Origin: Owenia fusiformis
Lineage: Eukaryota
Length of the DNA stretch: 64,000 nucleotides
Assembly (NCBI GenBank): GCA_903813345.2
Contig: CAIIXF020000001.1
Location: forward strand, 42,904,001-42,968,000
Direction of reading: 5' to 3'
The notes under the pieces were generated by a model that ran no database searches, was not told the DNA's origin, and worked only from the letters and a program-made list of their open reading frames with translations. Each line of letters opens with the position of its first letter. Positions within the stretch are counted from its first letter, which is position 1. Below are positions 54,401 through 60,400 of the stretch, one piece after another. The position numbers were made by a program, and so were the translations under genes.

Positions 54401-57400
54401 TAAAGAGTCACAAAATAAAAACCGACCTGGTAGTTTCAACTATGAGTGTCTACTGAAGGCCATGAAGTTAGGCATCAGAGTGAAAGGAGTACTGACAATT
54501 GCTGATGACTCTATTATGAAAGCCAATACAATCAGTAAGCTACCTATGGATGAGATTTGGTATGATTCGAGAAGTTTTGAAACAGAAAAAGAATTCTCTA
54601 GAATATTGAAAGAAACATCTAACGATACCAAGAAAAAGAAAGAATTTCAACTGAGATACAAAGACTTCAATTATAGAATTGCATCACTGGAAAATCAAAG
54701 AATAAAATCTTGCAATATTTCAAACTTGCGAGACAAATGTCACCTCAGTCCATTTAGACCATACTTTACTAAATATGAAATAAATATCAGAAATGCATTT
54801 AATGAGCTCTACCGATTACAAGACACAAACAAACTGATTAAAACATTTCTTGCTGGACTTTCCAAAAATTTACTTGGTATGAAAAGAGTTATAACTAGGC
54901 CATCTGATGTGTACTACATACCACAAAAACATTTTGAGATGGTAATCCCTGTTGCAGAGGCTTTTCACAAACACAGAGTATATATTGAAATAGCTGTTCC
55001 AACGATACTTCATGCCCTAGGTGTGAATTATAGCAACTTGGCTGTGAGTGTGTATAACTATGACTACGGCAAGACACGCGAGAAACCATGGATACGATTC
55101 CCAGCTTTTCTGAACAGCACTGTAACATTCATGCATCCAGTGAAACTGAGTGGTATAGCCCAGAACAATAGCAACATAACAGAGTTATTTTGTGCAGCCA
55201 TGGATAATCAGCAATTTATGCATCCCATGTAAATAGTGTTTCATAATATGAAAATCTGCGCTAACTCTAACACTGGTATTTCAGTAATTGTAAGCCATGT
55301 TATTAAATTTATCTATTTATTGATATATATTTTTCTCTAATACGACTATAGAGTCATGCATGCAGGGGAATTAAGGGATAATATTAAAGTTGAAATATGT
55401 AGCATTCTTTTATTTAGTAAATGGTGTTTTATATTTAGCGTGTTCATCAAGTGTAAGTAGGATTAAAGATTCTTCTCATACAAATAAGGTGAACATTTTT
55501 ATTATTTTATTGTAACGCTCATAATTTTAGCCAAGACTTTTTTTATTTATTATGTACAGTACTTCAAATGAAACTTATTATCATTACTTAGTGATAAATT
55601 GTAGAATGGTGAAATAAAATGGATAACATAAAAAATGACTTTAATTGGTCAAGTTGAGATCAACAGATTTGCAGTATTGTATTTCGGGGATACAATTGTG
55701 ACAGTTGACCTCTGGAGAGGTCAATAAATTGTATATTGCTCACCTTTCTCTGCTGTTCAAAGGCCTGGACAGCTTCTTCCTTCTCTCTTCTGTACTGTTC
55801 CTCCATCTCTCGAAGTCTAAAACATAATAATCTTTACTTGAACAATTGATCATCAATACTAATAACACTTTAAGTTAAATCGACAAAAATATGATGGTGA
55901 TATAGAATCTGCAACAGATCTGTTTTAAAACCATTAGAACTGTTTCTTTATGCATCATTATCTACATTTAGATGACATTCAGCAAATGTTTAGTTCTGTT
56001 AATATTTGAACATGGAGATGTACTTGTCTCATACTTGTATAGTAAATACAAGCAAAAAAACAAGAAGCATATTTACTTGATTCCCATTTCTTTCTTAAGG
56101 TCAATTCCTTGTTTCTCTAAAAGTTCCAGCTGTGCAAAGTTCCAGTCAACTGGCTCCCCACCTAAAACAAACATATAAATTGTATGATTCCATAATAACA
56201 TGTTTTTCCTGGGAAATAAACAGGGAATAGAATTGATATTAAAATCAATCCCATATTGGGTAAAATCCTGTATCAAAATTCATATCCCATCCCTTCCATT
56301 AAATAACCTCTACTTATACAAGGGCTATTGCAAAACTTCCTTCACGCCTATCATTATAAAAAGATGAAATGTATATGTAGTCATTTGGTAAATTTTTTCT
56401 TCAAGCATTTTGTGGGGTTGAGTAATTTAAATTACATTAGTGTAAAATAAAAAAAATGAAATGCTGCTAATTGAGAAATTTATCTCGCTAAGCATAACAT
56501 TTTTACACTCGCAAAACAACAATAGGAAACAAATGACATATATACTTAGTAGCTTTTGCACATCTTGACCTTGAGGCATTATTATACAAGCCATTAACCT
56601 TGTAAATAATTGCAAATTGTTACAGATGCTAAATTCCGAACTTCTGATGGTGACATAAATATGAATGATAATTAGCTGACAATATTTGAACTGTAAACAC
56701 TTACTGCTTGGGGTATCTAATGGAGATTTCTTCTCTGCCGCCCTTTCTCTTGCTGAAGACAAACCAAAAATAAATAACTTATATCTTGAAAGTCCATGGT
56801 TAAATAATGCTCAACACATCTTTATATGGTTCACAAGATTTTTACAAGGGTGACTAGAGCAGTATTTATGTTTTGTAGGAAAATTTTGAAATGTTGATGA
56901 TTAAAGTAACTTTCAATGATTTCATCAAAAAATTAAAACCCTTGGAAATACTAAATATGGTTTAAGTGCCATATATAAAATTTATTTCAGAAATATTGTG
57001 GATCAAAATGAAAACAAAACAAAAATAAAGAATAAAAACATATTCCACCCTTGGGATTTGAACCCAGATCTTTTGGAATAAAAGACTGACTGAGTCCAAA
57101 GCTCTAACCACTACACCGAAGTGCCAAGGCTTTCTGAGGGAAGAAATTCTTTATCTATATAATCATGGACGAAAAAAGTCTTATTTACATGCTTAAATTT
57201 CTTAAAAATGATCAGCATTACTACTAATAACAACATTTTGCATGTCTGAGTAAGTATTATGATCTACATTTAGGATAAATGTTGTTCTATTCAGTTTTCA
57301 TTTTGGGTATGACTTCCTGTCAAAACAGTGTTAAAAATGCAGGGCTCAACAAAAAATTTCAATTATAAAATGATATATATCCTTTGATCAGCTGTTTTTG

Positions 57401-60400
57401 ACACCTGAACTCATCTTACTAGAAAGGTAAGAGCATTTTCTTGAGACATATGGCTCGAAATCTCAAATTTCTCCTTCTAAGTCTTAGAAAGACACTTTAA
57501 GTGGACCCAGAGTGACATCTTTAAAGCAATTTGTAAACTAAACAAACAAGTTTATCCTCACTTGGTGCGTCATTCAACTTATTTATTACTGGGATTGAAG
57601 AGAAATTCTAATTAAAACATATTGCTATGGAAACAGAAATTACAACTCATTTACAATAACATATCAGGTTTAAGTTATTTTTATCCATGTTGTATTTTCA
57701 GCATTGATTTGTGGATTTTTGCTTCCTTTTATCAACTGATTTAGTAATCAGCAATAAGTAGAAAAATAGAACACATGGGACTATATAAGGAACATCTGAT
57801 ACATCAATATACCTGAACTAGAGATAACATAGGGATAAAATAAATTACCATTTCAAATAGTTGCGATTTAGTGAATATAAATGATTTGATAATTTGTGCT
57901 CGGATCATATATGTCTACCTTTATAAATAAAACATGGATTCTCCTCAATACATTTCCTCAACTAGACCCAATTCTTTTAATTTAAAATCTTAACTACATG
58001 TAGTTCCTGTAACAGATTAACTCAATCTTGAAGAGATCACTGATTTTTAGATTGGACACTCAGGAATAGAGACTGGACTTTTCAATAACATAATCTTTAG
58101 TTTAGAATAAGAGTTTAATATACAGTAAATGGCACCCCCTTGGTCCTGCCTTAGTATAAGGAAAATACTTGGGAGGTGTTGATGGTTGCATTGAACTCAC
58201 CTTGTTCTGGGTGGTTGAACCTGAACACATGGTTCTTCCCAAGGATAACTCTAGCACCAGTCTTTAGTACAATGGGTTCAGTGACATTCTTCCCATTTAC
58301 ATAGCAGGCAGCATCTGGCATTGGAGTCAGTGTGACCACACCTACAAACAGAATGTTATATTTTGCATTCAATTCATTGAGATGTGTACATGTAAAAGAA
58401 AACCCATAGTACATGCATTATAAGCTCCAAGAATTGACAATCAGAAGATTAACATATAAACAAATTAAATATTGCTAGTCTTCAAAATAGTTCACTTCCA
58501 GGATCACTGAAAAACTTACAGGATGTAGTTCATTTTGTCATTTTTGTCAAATATTTTATCAATAACAGTAAACTTTTAGTCAATACCAGACTGTAAAATC
58601 AATCAAACAATAGTGAGACAACTGATTGAGAAGGTTTCCAAAATGCACATTATGTTTGATTAACTCTCATATGAGTGTCCAACCTCTGTACCTTCTTTAT
58701 TTTCAAACTGGCAATGTTCAGGTAAAATGTTTGCCCCACTCAGCTGAATATCCATGTGTTCTTTAGAGTTAGGTTCTGGTCTACCAAGCATTGTTTTACC
58801 ATCCTTTATATAATACAGCAAGCACTCGGACATCAGGGCATCTTCATTGAGATTAACCAGATGAGGCGTCTGTAAGGAAAAATATATTTAATTTTCAGTT
58901 GAATGTTTTTTTTAATGTTGACTTTTTGTCACATCCATTTTAATTTAAAATAACCAAGATCAACAACAAGATCATACATTCTAATTTGACCTCTCTGACA
59001 TCTTTGTGGATGCCAGGAGTGAAGGGGACATTGCAGTCATATGGAAAGGAGTGTTCTTATAAAACACACATGTATTGTCTTGAATTAAATAACTTGTTGT
59101 AACATAATGTATTTCATAAAGTTTAGGAGTGCATATGTGAGAGGGTTGGTGAATATACAAGAGTTGGGGTGCAAGACGGTCAAAACCATAATACTGCCAT
59201 AAGATTGACAGTGTATATGTAAATATTATACAGCATGTGCAATTAAATCAATTTAAAGGAATTATAATTCAACATACAAGTATTTCAATGAAAAAATAAC
59301 ACAAAATCCAACTAGAGTGAAATCTTAGATTAGAACACCTCTAGAAGTGGAACACTTTTCAGAGTCCCAAGACCGATTTACTTCATTTTAAATGGATCTC
59401 TATAAGTAGAATTGTACCAAAGGTACACAGGTTCTACTATATTACATAAAATTGTAAAAATGTTACAAAATTATCATGTTGGACATATTCTGCAATGTAC
59501 AGATAAATTACACTGTATGATACAATACCTTGACTTTTAATGGGCGAAAGACGCCAGTAATGTGACCATCATCACGGAGTGCGATACCCATTTCAGCAAG
59601 TACCGACTCCCTGGAAAACATGGCACAGACAACATAAAACTATGACAATTCACAGTCTAAATTCTAAAAGAATACCAAAATAAAATATCTAGAATTTTAA
59701 AAATCACCCTGAAACTTCTAGATACTGTATTCTATGTAACATTGTGAGGTTGGAAGGACTGGAAAGAACACAAAAGATAAATGAATCAAAATGCCCAAAC
59801 AAAATCTATTACACCATATTTGACCACATTTATGCCACATAAAAAGCAAACAATCAAAATATGTCACTGTAGTAAGTCTTATAAGCCTTCTTTTTATAAA
59901 ATCTGAAAGATCTGGAAGCATTTCTATGTAACATATACCATAGACATACCATAGACATTATGCCTTTCACTTTTTGTTAATTCATCATTTCTTGATTGTG
60001 TTTGGACAGATTTTAAGCAGGATGAAAGAAGATGTGCTTTGAGGATATGACAATGACACTAGAGGTGGATCAGGTGACATGGTACTAGAGCAACCCTGAT
60101 TATACATCCAATGATTCATTAGGCAAGGCATCAGATTTTTCTGCTCTGAACTTAAATCTGGTTCAATAGCAATAAACTTCCCAGTGTGAATTTACCCATC
60201 CACTTCTAAACTTAATACAAAAGTACTAAAGAGAATGTACACAATGATGAACATTAAAATGACAATATGACAGGTGAATTTATATCAAAGGGGTCAGGTG
60301 CTAAAAGATGTTCTAAACAGGTACATCAATCCATGTATGAAATGTCCCTAGAGTCATGCTTATTTACAGCCATTAATCTCTTGTTATAGCTAATATGTAA

